Assembly: GCF_001194135.2 (NCBI RefSeq)
Contig: NC_068988.1
Location: 10,614,908 to 10,678,907, forward strand
Length of the DNA stretch: 64,000 bases
Source of the DNA: Octopus bimaculoides
Taxonomy: Eukaryota
Direction: 5' to 3'
In this document: positions 50,845 through 64,000 of the stretch, piece by piece
Position numbering within the stretch: the stretch's first letter is position 1
Layout: each line of letters opens with the position of its first letter
Notes under the pieces: model-generated
The model's input: only the letters and a program-made list of their open reading frames with translations
Told to the model about the DNA's origin: nothing
The model's database searches: none
Translations under genes and position numbers: made by a program

Positions 50845-52027
50845 TGTTAATATCATCTATGAGGAGGTGCTTCTATCATACACCCAAGTGAATAGTCCCT
50901 TGGTCAGAAGGATTTGATGTCATCAGACGGTATCCAACGTTCAACAGGTGTTCCGACCCTGAACGGTAACACGCCCGCGTTGGTGGCTCAGCAAAAGTGG
51001 CCAAGGCACTGCCCCTCACTTCTTGCTGGCNNNNNNNNNNGGCAAGGCACTGCCCCTCACTTCTTGCTGGCTCCAGCTTAACTCTTCTCTCTTGTTCTAA
51101 TACCAACAAAAGGCTCTTTCAGCTGCGTCACCCATCCTGCGCACAGCCACCCTTCGTTCCTTACCTCTCATCCCAATTGTTGTAAGCATCGTCTATGCCG
51201 ACTGAGCAGGGAATGGGAAAAACTATACCTGCCATCCCGTCACCCTGCAATCATGCAGAATGCTCTCATATCTGGCACGCTTCCGTTCACGGGCCTCATC
51301 ATACACCTATTCCCACGGGAATGTGAATTCAATTCCGATACTTTTCTTTTCACACCGCAAGACAACATCTGTTTGTATGAGCAGCAATGGGAAACTCTCC
51401 CCTAAGTCCACTTTCACATGGCATGTTTCAAATCCATGCAGCAAGCTATGTATTGGTTTCGCTGACCTTACTGGCATCTCTCTCCCTCTTTCACGAACTT
51501 AATTGCTGCTGTTGCCTTATCCAGGTGATGATGTTTCTTGCGCCTTTCCTACGCCGAGTTGTAAAACAGGCTTTTCCGTAACGTCACTGCATGCATCCAA
51601 AGTAACTCATGTTTATTCTCTTAATGTGCGGGGGAATATGATAGCAGTTAAGAGCTGCTTCTATGAGGGCATGAACAATTGATCCGCATGCATTCATATT
51701 GCAGATCACCTTTACTTCAATAAGGCTCCTGCATCAGCTGGCTGCGAATATTTGTGTTCCAGACATCCTGAGAAACTCTGAAACATACTTTTCTGGATAG
51801 ATGTGTTTATATTCCCATTCTCAGTCATGTATGACGTCATCTTTTTCACAAGAAAGGTAAAGAAGATTTTCCCTCAACACTCAGGAAGGAAATGGCCCTG
51901 AACTGATTAATGGCTGTGGAAATTTTCTTCTTTTGTAACAAAACGTCCTTCCACGTTCTTCCAGTATATTGGGATGATACCTTTTGTCCAGATATTTCGG
52001 AACAGAGTCCACAGCATCCAAAAGAGG
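50845..52027 (-). mobile_element. HERO/R2-like RLE non-LTR retrotransposon, internally deleted
   Basis: RT N-terminal motifs IWTKGIIP.YWK, NQFRAISFLSVEG, FSGCLEH, ACGSIVHALIEAALNCYHIP. Endonuclease region QTDVVL..EKKSIGIEFTFPWE*VYDEARERKRARYESI..DC...GW, then RRMGDAAERAFCW, followed by a 3' UTR. Confidence 0.9.
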
Positions 52028-52899
52028 ATTAAAAATTTATGTTAGTCTCGTTAATTAAATTTTGTTGTTATTATTAAATATAACTAATGTATTTTTTCTT
52101 CTAACCGAGGAAATATCCAATGTCTTTATATAGTTGAATACTTTATATTCTGTATCGTTTTACGCATTGTAATAGGCAAAATATTACTTTCGCGTGTTCC
52201 AGGCACATTGTAATTGGAAATACCAAATGATAACCGGCTGTTCTCTTATAACATCAACAATTATACCAAAACTAAGATAAATGTATTTCTATTATTTTTT
52301 AGCACTTTTAAATTCGTAATAAGATATTTATAAAGTATGAATTTTTCCAATAGAATTTTGTTTGTGGATATTGAGATTTCTGTGAGGATTAATGATTTTT
52401 TTGTTAAAATATAAAACGGCATTCGGCGTACTACAACGATGAATAATCTGTACTTCTAAACTTAAGGTAATAATTGAATATGACTTCTGGCGTGCTGTAT
52501 CATTATGGAGTTTTTCAACTATATATTGCTTGATCTGTGCTGGTCGGTAATTATATTGTTTGTATTTCGCTACGCAGCAATTTTCTATAATATTATAATT
52601 AAGTTTCCAGCACTGAGCTTATATTTTGGAAATTGCCTTCTATTTTATTGCTAGCATATTGAAGCCACCTGTTTAATGGAATAGGGAAATGAAAATAATC
52701 CACAATGTTTTTATGCAATCCTTGTTGTTTACTCATTCTTTTCTTCGTTTTACACGGAATATTCTTCCTAATGAATGACTACTGTACTTCGAATGTGCTT
52801 GGGAAATATTTGTTTGCACAACTGGGCATCATTGTAATTAAACTATTTACCTTCTAAAATCTTTTTGCGTTTCCTATTTACTCCAATGTTTCTCTGTGT

Positions 52900-53126
52900 T
52901 TATTGTCCGATCATCCACGGCACCGATGTTAGCAAAGGGAAAGGCAAAGGCCAGTATAGCTTTGAACCAGACATGTTACAACTCATTTCTACAGCTGAAT
53001 CAACTGCAACAATGTGAAATAAAGTGACATGCTCAAGAACACAACACGAAACCTGGAGCGGGAATCGAACTCACAACATCGCGATCGAAACCTCCACGTT
53101 TTAAACACTGAGCCAAACGCCTTCAC
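52900..53126 (-). mobile_element. tRNA-derived SINE, family A-related
   Basis: Minus-strand A box TGGCTCAGTG and B box GAGTTCGATTCCC; the body resembles 610-740. Confidence 0.8.
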
Positions 53127-53135
53127 GTATATATA

Positions 53136-53220
<85 letters not shown>

Positions 53221-54388
53221 NNNNNNNNNNNNNNNNNNNNNNNNNNNNNNNNNNNNNNNNNNNNNNNNNNNNNNNNNNNNNNNNNNNNNNNNNNNNNNNN
53301 NNNNNNNNNNNNNNNNNNNNNNNNNNNNNNNNNNNNNNNNNNNNNNNNNNNNNNNNNNNNNNNNNTATATATATATATATATATATGAGCAGTTTAATAT
53401 GAATATTTGTTCGATAGATAAGGTAGATTTATTTCAAGCCGAGTACAATGCAAACCGGAAATAAACGACTGCAAAGAGTGATTAGAAAGCCAAAACTAAC
53501 AACGTACCCGTCCACGTGTGAATATATACTGTTGCATAATCACTTCAGCCTTGTTCTTGTGCGCATTAGTTATGTACGCTATAATGCGCTGTGATACAAC
53601 ATTGCAATACGAAGTTGATCTTCGTACCTGTAGTTGCGACAGAATAAGTCTTTCCTGAATAGCCATTTCGAAAATCATTGCAATGCCAAACATAATGGAA
53701 CAAATGAAGAAACTACAATACTTTACTTGCGTTCTATCACACCTGAGAAGAGAAATATTTGAATTATCATTGTATACATCCAAAGTGGAAATATATGTGT
53801 ACCAATTTCAAATGCCAGAGAAATAATTCTTGTTTAACTCTATTCATTATGGCTGTTATTGATAGATTGCTCATTGATATCTTGATCGATTCTCGTCCGG
53901 AATTAGAAGAATCTGTGCTGAAGTGATTGAACATAGTCACATTAAGTTGGTAGCACTAATTTCCATGCTGTCGTCTTACGAGTGATTTCCCAAAAGATTC
54001 GAGATAATCCACAGATTCGATCGGTAAATTATACACGACTGGATGGCAAATCATCTGGGATGAAGATGAAATGCTCGTGTATTCATAATATATATTGATT
54101 TAGAGCTGGAAAGATATTCGAATTATTATGATTCAAATGTACAAATGTAGCGACATTCTCAGTCTTGTGTAACTAAAGACATTGCTCTCATCATCAACAC
54201 AGCATTCCAATGAATATTTGTTATTAACAATGTATGCTTGATTGTAACCGTATATATGTTCTTCGAAGTCTAATTATACCCATTCAAATGGATAGAAAAG
54301 TCATGGAAGCATATAGATACGTATATGCAACTCATTTATATATGCTTTATGCATATATGTGAGCGTGAGTGTATATATATATATTTGC

Positions 54389-54420
<32 letters not shown>

Positions 54421-57225
54421 TTGCATATATATATATATATATATGCATATATGTATATATCTATGTATATATATATAAATGTATGGATGTGTGCATGCGT
54501 GTTTGTGTGTGTGTGTGTGTCCGTGTCCATAAGTATTTAAATGAATACAGAATCTCAAATATGTAAATATCTGTGATTTTCAAGCCTCTAAAGGGAAGCA
54601 TACCGAGAAACATGGATGCAAAATGGAGGCAAAGTAGACATCAAAAAGCATAATTTGGAAATTGATTGCAATAAGAGAATACAAACGTGCGCGTTTGATA
54701 TATGGAAATAGATATTATACAAGTGACAAATATTTCTCCCGCTGTTAATTTATTAAGTTATGAATTTACAGTTGAAATGACCCATATGTAAGTTAATATT
54801 AAACCCCTACTAATGTCGACAAGGGTATTACACTTCAAGTATTGAAATCAAAGATTTCATTCTGACTGTGTGTCTTCTATTTCAGTTTTAGCCAAAAAAA
54901 TGATGAAATATAACAGATTCAGTGGCGTTTAAGCGGAGTATAAAATAATATGATGTTACACGCTGCGAAAATGTATACCACTTTGTTGATAGACGCATTG
55001 GAACAGCTGGTTCACTTCTCCATTTGTAAAAAGCATAAACAGACAGAGCATGACAGGATATGAACAGCAAAATGAAACAAAAGCACAGCGGAGATTATTT
55101 TGTCTATACGGATATTACTATTACCATATTGAATTGAATGGTGTATGAAATTAATTCTTCTTATAATATTGGCTATGTACAGCATTTAGAGTGAGATGTT
55201 TTATTTTTTTTTACAGCAAAATTACTTTAGTGACAATAACGACGCTATCGAATTGATATAAATAATGAGAAAATAAAATAATCAGCTATTGTATTTCATT
55301 TAACATTAATACGTTAATGGCTCTGAAGCAAACAACGCTGTTCTTATTTTTAGTTATTTATTCTAATAACGTGAGGCATGAACAGAAATTAATTATTTAT
55401 TCATGGGTATTAAAATGTTGTAATGATATTAGTTTATGTCAAGGTATTGATTCCTTAGTTAGGAACAATGAAAATATTTTTTATATGACTTTATTATTAT
55501 TATCACATAACACAAAGGGCTAATACTAAATGTTACTAATAATTACAACGGCCATACTAATATTGCTGTACATTCGTTTACCCTATAGTGCTATTGTGTG
55601 GGTGTATATATATATATATATATATTCCACTCTGTGTGTGTGAGTAAGAGAACGAGAGAGTGAGAGTGCGTGTGTGTTCTTTATTATTTTGCTAATAGAA
55701 TTTATGCGAGCAATAATGTCTGGTAGCCATACCAATGAATCAACATCCGTGCAGGAAAAACTACTCTTTTACATCTAACTGGAGGGACATAAAACATCAA
55801 AATGTCATTTTCTACATCAGGACGTCAGACCTCTTTAAAAAAACAGAATTAAAAGAAACTCATTATTAAATAGCGCGTGTGGTTGACTAAGCTTGAGCAC
55901 CATGAATGAATTTACACACTTTTGTGCTATACCATATTTTTATACATAGGAGACGAATTTGTTGTATGTTCACTCACATCTATTGGACATCGCAGTGTAC
56001 TGATCACAGAGAAAAGAAATACATTTTTAAAAAGGGTTGTTGAATTTGATTTGGACGCATTTTTTATTCTGATATTCTGGCCATATTCTTTGAAAAAAAA
56101 TGTATGAATAAGAATCCAATTCATTAAATTAGAATATTTCGTCACCTGAAACTAAGAAAATAATCAATGTACGGGTTCGTTTACATTAGAATTCTGAGAA
56201 AAGAAGTGCGACACTATATTCTACAATAGATACTCTATCTATATCCTGGCCTCAGTGTGGGCAATTTCATACTCATTGCAGCGAAGCGTCACGTAGTAAT
56301 TTTAAACCGATCTACTGTTATAATTTGCCACAAAATTAACGCACGTTAAGATTTGATACCAGATTGTAGAAAGCTACAAACTAAGCTCAAGTTATCCTGC
56401 CTAATGCTAAAACATTCCAGCTGTCATCTACTCTGCTGTAATTCGTCAGTTGGCTCTGAAAATATGAAATCCAATTAAATCCCGGCGCCTAAATTACTTT
56501 GCAACGTAAACTATTCAAATGACTCAGGTATTTCGACACCTAGGTCAATTCTAATAAATATATTCCGAAATTACGGTGGTTCTTTACGATAATATAACAG
56601 CTATTGCTATAATGCGAACAGCTATCTTCAAATATTGCTGAACATTTAAAAGAAAACAGAAATGTTAAGTTATTTATTTCATATTTTAGATCGAATCTTA
56701 TTGAATTTATTTTATGCATTCCATATTTAATCTCTATATATTTCTCTGTAGTATGTACAGAATGCGTTCGGCTAATCTACTTAACATCTATTCAGAACTG
56801 TAAAAATGAATATATTGTTTAGTGCTTAAGAGCAATATTGTCAAGTGACAATTCCCTCATCAATGTAAGCAAGTCAATATTGTATATGAAGTATTGAATA
56901 GTGCTGATTAGTAAGTGGAAACGAATGAAAAGGAAAATCTGGCTTAAGTTTCTGGAAATACATATTAATCTCCCCCGGACTCCGATTAAAGTATATTTCT
57001 GTCAGAATCACAATTCATTCAGGTCATTATCTGTAATATTTTGTAATACATACAAAGTTTTCAAAGGATCCAATTCCTACGATTGCATTTCATTTACCTC
57101 CATTTATTATAGACCCGATTTCTCAGAATCTGATGGAATGCAAACAGGCGTTCAAACATATATTTCAATATGCCTCTCTTTCATTTTGTCTTTGTATCCT
57201 CTCTCTTCTCTCTCGCCCCTTTGTA

Positions 57226-57278
<53 letters not shown>

Positions 57279-58194
57279 ATGTGTGTGTGTGTATACATAC
57301 ATACAAACACATACACGCACGCACGTAATAAATACGCGCATATACATACGAACATATGTGTATGTATGTATGCATGTATGTATGTATGTGTGTATGTATG
57401 TACGTACGTATGAGTGATTTCAGAAAGACGGAAGGCAAAATCACTATTCGTTGAATTAGAATAAATAGATATAAACTTACGTGAGAGAATACAGCAAGTA
57501 ATATTTTTAGTGACTATCCACGAATCTTTATTGTATTATCTTTGATTATCTGATGAAATGAAGAACATATATCAATACCATTTTAATCATTTTACAGAAA
57601 TATCATATTTGTGAATCGGTTACAAATACTATGCTGCGTATGATATTTAAAGATGGTTGGTAACGAAAGTTTTCTTCCACCCAAAGAATTATAACAGGGA
57701 ACTCTTATAAATTTTCGAGAAACTGCACAGACGGTGAAACTATTTTAAAACTGCAATTAATAGTGATAATAAAGCTGTTAATATTTTGCGTCTGAGACAT
57801 AAAACGTTCGTAGTTTAATTTCATTAACTTGGATGTACAGTATTTTGTCATCCCCTAAAGTCTTTCACTACCGTTGTTCCTATAAGTTTTAAGAATAAGG
57901 CATCTAATACATTCAAATAATGAATCCAGACCCAACCCCTTTGATCGGCAAACTCTCTGATTCTCTTTCAAATAGCATAATCTAATTGTTAGAACATTTC
58001 AGTTACTGGCTAAAAGAATCTCAAAGATGATGGAGATAAAAAAACTTCCCTAGCACATTGAATCCGTCACCTTCAGAAGTCAGAAATTATTGAAAGCCAA
58101 ACCACTAATGTCGTTAATTTAGATATCATGTCCAGAAGAAAAATATATCTTTGCGCTAGATATTAGTAATTCTTATTTCTGTATTGCTCACAAG

Positions 58195-58407
58195 GAGCTA
58201 AGCATAGAAGGAACAAACAAGGACAGACAAAGGGGTTAAGTCGATTACATCGACCCCAGTGCGTAACTGGTACTTAATTTATCGACCCCGAAGTGATGAC
58301 AGGCAAAGTTGACCTCGGGGGAATTTGAAATCAGAACGTAACGGCAGACGAAATACTGCTCAGCATTTTCGCCCGGCGTGCTAACGTTTCGGCCAGCTCG
58401 TTGCCTT
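58195..58407 (-). mobile_element. tRNA-derived SINE, family C (near full length)
   Basis: The minus strand reads AAGGCAACGAGCTGGCCGAAACGTTAGCACGCCGGGCGAAAATGCTG...GGGGTCGATAAATTAAGTACCAGTT...GTCGATGTAATCGACTTAACC. Confidence 0.9.
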
Positions 58408-61294
58408 AGTAATTCTACGACCGTTACTAGCAACCGAACCGGTCTTTCACTAACGGAACTGCTCACTTCTCGGTGAATTGTTTAATGGCTTTTTGATACA
58501 TCGAAATATCTCATTGTGGTAGGTTTAGTTGCACCTCACTTCATTTATGCACTTTCATCTCAGGTCTGCTTCAAGAAAAAGTTTCCTTAAAATTCTCATG
58601 TCCATACAATAAAGCAATGTGTGCTGTCAATCGATGAAGCATGGCTGAACGTGTAAGAAAAGTGATATAATATCGTTGCTCCATTAGATCTGTACATTAT
58701 CAACTTTGTTATAACCAAATAATAGCTTGCCCCAAATGTCTAATATATACAACTGCACAAGCCGTGCGTGCAACATGACGCATAGTTAAGAACAGAACAC
58801 TCAGGCTTAATTCCACTATGAAATATACTTGTCAAGTGTTTTACAAATGAATTTCTAGAGATAGAACCAGTAGAAACAGTATCGTTATTTCACTGATGTT
58901 ACCTAATCATTAATTTATGATAGAGTTTTTCTGCAGAATACTTACTACTAAATTGAAATTACATTCCAGGCACTGAAAGGTGCGAAAAATGACAGAAGCT
59001 ATACAAAAGACAAATATCAACTACATATTTAAGATGTAGAAAAGTGAGGGTCAGTAACACTTCATTAATGACAACCCACAATGTAAAGAGTACAAGAATT
59101 GGGATATAAGAGAATGAAAGACATTTAAATACAGCCAAAAGACATGTTATGTACTCAGCAATAATGAAATGAAGCAGCGTAAGTAAAGAAAAAGTTTATC
59201 AGATCGCATGTTCACTAGTGTGGAGACGTAACATCAGAAAATTAAGATCAATAATAAAAGCTAGGCGTTAAAAGAAATGTTCTTCCTTTGAGAAGGCGAC
59301 ATATCGATTGAATGACAAATATTTTTCGTGACATAGAAGCATCAAACGCTTTAGAAAAACTTGAGGAACAGTATATAGGATTTCTTCATTCTGACCTTCT
59401 GAAGAACATAAACATTTTGGTCTTACCAGATGATTTCAGTTCAATATTAACGTAAAATACTCTAAAATCGGTATACAAACACCCACATACATACGTGTGT
59501 GGGAGGGTATAGTATGGCTCAGTGTGTAGTTTGTGTGTGTAGTATGTATGTATGTAGTGTGCGGTCTGTGTGTGTGTGTGTGTGCGTGTCTGTGTATATG
59601 TGTCTATGTGTCTGTGTGTGTGCATGTGTGTGTAATTCTCAGGCACCTTTGTGTATAGGCTACGGCAATGTGTACCGTGAGAGCTTTTAAGAACAGTGAC
59701 ACAATCTTTAAATCGTTTCTTTCGGGTGATGCATCTTATTATTTAAGGCATAAATGCATCCGTAGAAATTGCTGCCAACGTTAGAGTTGCAAATGTGAAG
59801 CATATATATATTTGGTTGACATCTGTAACTGAACACCTTAGAGTTAAAATACGACATGATAATATATAAAAGTAAATGCATCAGACTAGAAGCCCATCTT
59901 TTGTCTCACGAAGAGCTATAGATACATAATGATATATCATGAAACCTGAACAATGTTTCAATGTGGAAATGTTTGTCAGTGTTTCTGGACATTTGTATTA
60001 TTTTAATTATTAAAATTTTATTTATGTTTCCTACTTAGAAACGAAAATCTCAGAATTTCCGAATTATGATGAATAACATTTGTCAACACGCCGTTGAATG
60101 CTCTGGAGGTAGTTTATCAAATATATTTGCTATATGTATATCCATTCAAGCATGAATTTACCCTCAAATAATGTTTATAATTTATAGAAATATTAACTTA
60201 ATAACACTCCAGTTTCCGATTCAATACATTTTATTCACAACTCCTATATTTTCTTCACAACATCACCGGTTTATCTACCCATCTTGTTTGAATCGTCGGT
60301 GGTAATAACACTTCTAGATTTCATTACTTGCTGTCCTGTGTATAATATTAACAATCGTAAAATATCTCTTGAGAGTAACGAAAAGCGTTGTATGTGATGT
60401 ATATTGCATATAAAATTTGTAAATGATTTCAAACCGACGCATCAGAAATGAAGGATGCGAATATGCTGTTTGAAAGCACATAGAATTCCTAATTCAAAAG
60501 ATTAACGACTCTGGTGTAATATCGATGAGAGAGTTGCAATACAAAGGGCATTCATAAATCAGCTTTCCTCATTGCCATATACCATAGCTGTCAGGAGATA
60601 CAAAGCATATTAGTTTCCTTTTTCAGAGACATACACGCAAATATTAAGGATCAGGAACAGCTATTCATATCCATGATTGATGCTTCATCATACTATATTT
60701 TGAATTCATTTATATTAACGACTGCAGAAAGGTGAAAACAAAACGCCTGTCTTTCTGAGATTGAAATTAGATATCGGAGATATTAATCTGCTTACAGGGC
60801 CTCAACATAGCACCTAATATATTAAAACCTGATTCTTTAAGCATAAATCAAATAGGACCCTATCAATAAGGCCTTTAGTGTTCTGTTAGATCGATGCCTT
60901 CAGCTTTCATTTAAATAATATTAACTTATGTTCGAAATTATCTTTGCTACAAAGTAAATGAAAAAATACATTTATTCCGTAATACATTTTCTAATGTGCA
61001 CACAAATGTTAATATAAACATACACATAATCACATACACACAAACGCATATATATTTACACATACATATATACACACACACCTATATATACAGACATTAG
61101 AGAAGGTAACCTTATTTAAGTCTGAATTTATACATTCAAATTACATATTAATTGTTATAAAGTGAATGTTTAATATTTAGTAGACATGCCCTTTGCATTT
61201 TCCAATGCAGCGTCCCTATTAGCCATGAGATGACGAATATTCTCTCACGGAATTTCTTGTCAAATTTCATGCAGTAACCTTAAAAGATCTGACT

Positions 61295-61397
61295 TTGAAA
61301 ATGCTGTATTTTTCTTTTGCCGAATCGTTAAGTTACGGGGACGCAAACACACCGCCATCGGTTGTCAAGCGATGCTGTGGAACAAACAGACACATAA

Positions 61398-61442
<45 letters not shown>

Positions 61443-61700
61443 NNNNNNNNNNNNNNNNNNNNNNNNNNNNNNNNNNNNNNNNNNNNNNNNNNNNNNNNNN
61501 NNNNNNNNNNNNNNNNNNNNNNNNNNNNNNNNNNNNNNNNNNNATATATATATATATATATATATAGGTGCCTATATATATATAATGGATTGTCTTTTCG
61601 TGAACGAAAAATGAAGACCTGCTGGTGCCTAGAAGACCTTTTGACAAATGGAATAAATTGAATACTCATTTTCCCCTTTAGTGAGTGAATGGCAGCGCCT
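61295..61700 (-). mobile_element. SINE family B: tail half (61295-61400), internal (TA)n(TG)n plus gap, decayed head
   Basis: Minus-strand GTGTCTGTTTGTTCC..CATCGCTTGACAACCGATG..GGTGTGTTTGCGTCCCCGTAACTTA matches the post-microsatellite part seen at 47225-47260. The head side is weak. Confidence 0.6.
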
Positions 61701-62699
61701 CTTTTACTTCGTGCCACAAAAACACAATGACGGGTAATGTTTTCATGTTGAGGGGGGCGTGTTGCCAGTGTGCCTTTAAGCGTGTACGATGTCGGTTATG
61801 ATGTTGGAGTCGGTTTGCTCAAGTTTTTGAGAAGAGTAAAAGCAGTACTGGCACTTGTGTTGTTTTCCGGTATGTAGGTGTAAACGTTTTCATATTATGT
61901 TTACAAAAATATGAAAATAATGAATTAGAGTGATACAAATCAAATCAGAAATACGTAGCAATTTAATTGGTAGTTTCCAACATCTAGTAATCTCTAATAA
62001 TTTGTCCTGAACGTTGTTTCCTAAAATTTATCAACACGATAATGCTTTCGCACACTTTCGATTGAAAGCAAAATAAGCAGTATGTATTAATTCATCGCAA
62101 CTATTATATAGCCGATAGGCATTGAGATCCTCAGTGTATTATTTGAATTCCCTTAACTGATTTAAATATTTCTACACTCCTAAAAAGTAAAGCCTTAAGC
62201 TGGTTTACAACACAATCAGAAATCATCGCCTGTAGTAATCAACTTCCATTTCCTTTTGTCTGAAATATTAAAAGAAGTAGAATTAATTACTTGTTTCAGC
62301 GTATATCATACTCTGAACACTAATTAATTAATTATTTCTAACATCTCGAGGGATAGGTGAGACAGAACAAGCATGCTATGGCTTAATGGGGAAAGAAAAA
62401 TAATTGATGTGAGGATTGAATAACACTTCAAAACCCCATTAAAATTGATTAATGAAATTCTCAATTATTGGAAACCAATAACACCACTTGTATTTCAAGC
62501 AAAATTGTTATTATCCGGGATTATTTTACGCCCTTTATGAGAAAGTGTGTAATATTTTATATAATACGGTTAAATGCTGCCGATAAACAACGAAACTCTA
62601 TTCATATTACCATACTCCATTTCGTGTAAAATTTCAACGAAGGCAGATTAATTCTCTTAACCTGTTAATACGTATAGATACCCCTATAGACATATATAC

Positions 62700-62779
62700 A
62701 CACATATACATATTACACACAAGCACACATAATTACATACACGTTCATACACACGAAGACACACACACACGAACACACA

Positions 62780-62864
<85 letters not shown>

Positions 62865-62880
62865 ACATATGTGTATGTAT
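62700..62880. repeat. Compound (CA)n(TA)n microsatellite
   Basis: Directly visible; representative of many similar (TA)n/(TG)n tracts (for example 42310-42430, 53130-53220, 57225-57410, 63015-63130). Confidence 0.95.
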
Positions 62881-63028
62881 CGTTATCAATTGTATTGACT
62901 AGGCACCTCTACTTACTACACTTTCTTGAATTTTCACCGTGCACTTAAGAACATTAAACCCTTCAATATCAAGACCAACCTTAATGCATACCTATACCCC
63001 ATGAACAGTGATATATACATACATGTAT

Positions 63029-63089
<61 letters not shown>

Positions 63090-64000
63090 CGTGTGTGTGT
63101 GTGTGTGTGCGCGTGGGTGTGTGTGTGCGCGCGTCTGGGTATATTTGATTTTGAGAAGTAATTTGAATCCAATATCACACATAAACCTGCGGCTTTATCC
63201 CATCTCATATCGCAAAGAAATATTTGTTATATACATTTTTCTACAGAATGCAGCTAACCAGGAGCAAAGCTTCAAATGACTCACAAAATTAAAAAATTGA
63301 AATTCATCTTTATTTCGCTACGCTTTCTGAGCTGCAATATTTCAAACTTTAAACGGATAACATTAACTCAATACAGTGAGATAANNNNNNNNNNNNNNNN
63401 NNNNNNNNNNNNNNNNNNNNNNNNNNNNTATATATATATATATATATGTATACATATATACTTTTCGAAGATCCTCAGGTGGCTCTTAAAAATAATGAGA
63501 GCTTCAAACAGTAATTCTTTTAAGTCGGTTGCCTTGGGGAGAATACAAGTAAAAATAAATGATGAAGCTTCAGTGATGTGTTGTGAAGAAATACCGAAGA
63601 TTAGAAAGTCAATTCTAAAAGCTTTGCGTCTTTGATACACAAATCGTGTCTTTCAACATTTATAGCAAGCGATCCGAAACACAATCGACAATACCACTTC
63701 TATTCTCTTGCATTGAATATTATATATTTACTATATTCAAAGCCATTTAATTTTACGCCGAATTTCACAATATCTGAAAAAATAAAATCTCTATCACATT
63801 TATAACTGAATATATTCCTAAATTGCATTTTTAATGAGATAAGGTAGGAGAAAGTGTTTTTGTCTCGGAAGCAGTTTAAACGGGAAACAAATAAATATTG
63901 AAAAAAAAAATTATGCACATGCGCAGACAAGATTCGAATTTACTTAGAATATTAGATCGAAAGCGTGAAATAAGAAAAACATAGGTATGTAACTTGTTAA

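Noticed and set aside
51001-51071. CAAGGCACTGCCCCTCACTTCTTGCTGGC repeated across a 10-N gap
   Set aside because: A typical overlap artefact at a placeholder gap inside the HERO-like element.
53560-54100. EVDLRTCSC (SWIM/MULE-like) and other short protein-like frames
   Set aside because: The completing CxH motif is not in frame and there are many stops, so it cannot be assigned.
63462-63532. Minus-strand candidate exon ATDLKELLFEALIIFKSHLRIFE
   Set aside because: Good acceptor, but the donor is weak and runs into a microsatellite, and the phase does not fit the adjacent candidates.

Overview
AT-rich eukaryotic genomic DNA, dense in repeats and microsatellites, from a short-read scaffold with 20 N-gaps, most of them flanked by (TA)n, (CA)n, (GA)n or (GATA)n. 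The SINE families look like those I recognise from Octopus (cephalopod) genomes; that is recall, not a database result. I cannot support any intact protein-coding gene, rRNA, tRNA or CRISPR array. Most ORFs in the supplied track are microsatellite or N-gap artefacts, and a few are fragments of dead transposons. The window is essentially a transposon graveyard: three tRNA-type SINE families (about 13 copies), four mariner relics, RTE and CR1/L2 LINE fragments, and two restriction-like-endonuclease (RLE) non-LTR retroelements (CRE-like at about 45.2-46.0 kb, HERO/R2-like at about 50.8-52.0 kb). The most interesting signal not explained by the ORF track is a set of decayed minimal hammerhead-ribozyme-like motifs (about 4.2, 5.6, 9.35 and 19.7 kb). 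Two of them lie in copies of a diverged ~409-bp repeat that bracket an inverted repeat, which suggests Penelope-type pLTR or retrozyme-like elements. An unassigned decayed coding-like stretch (about 26.0-26.4 kb) and a few candidate exons are reported at low confidence.
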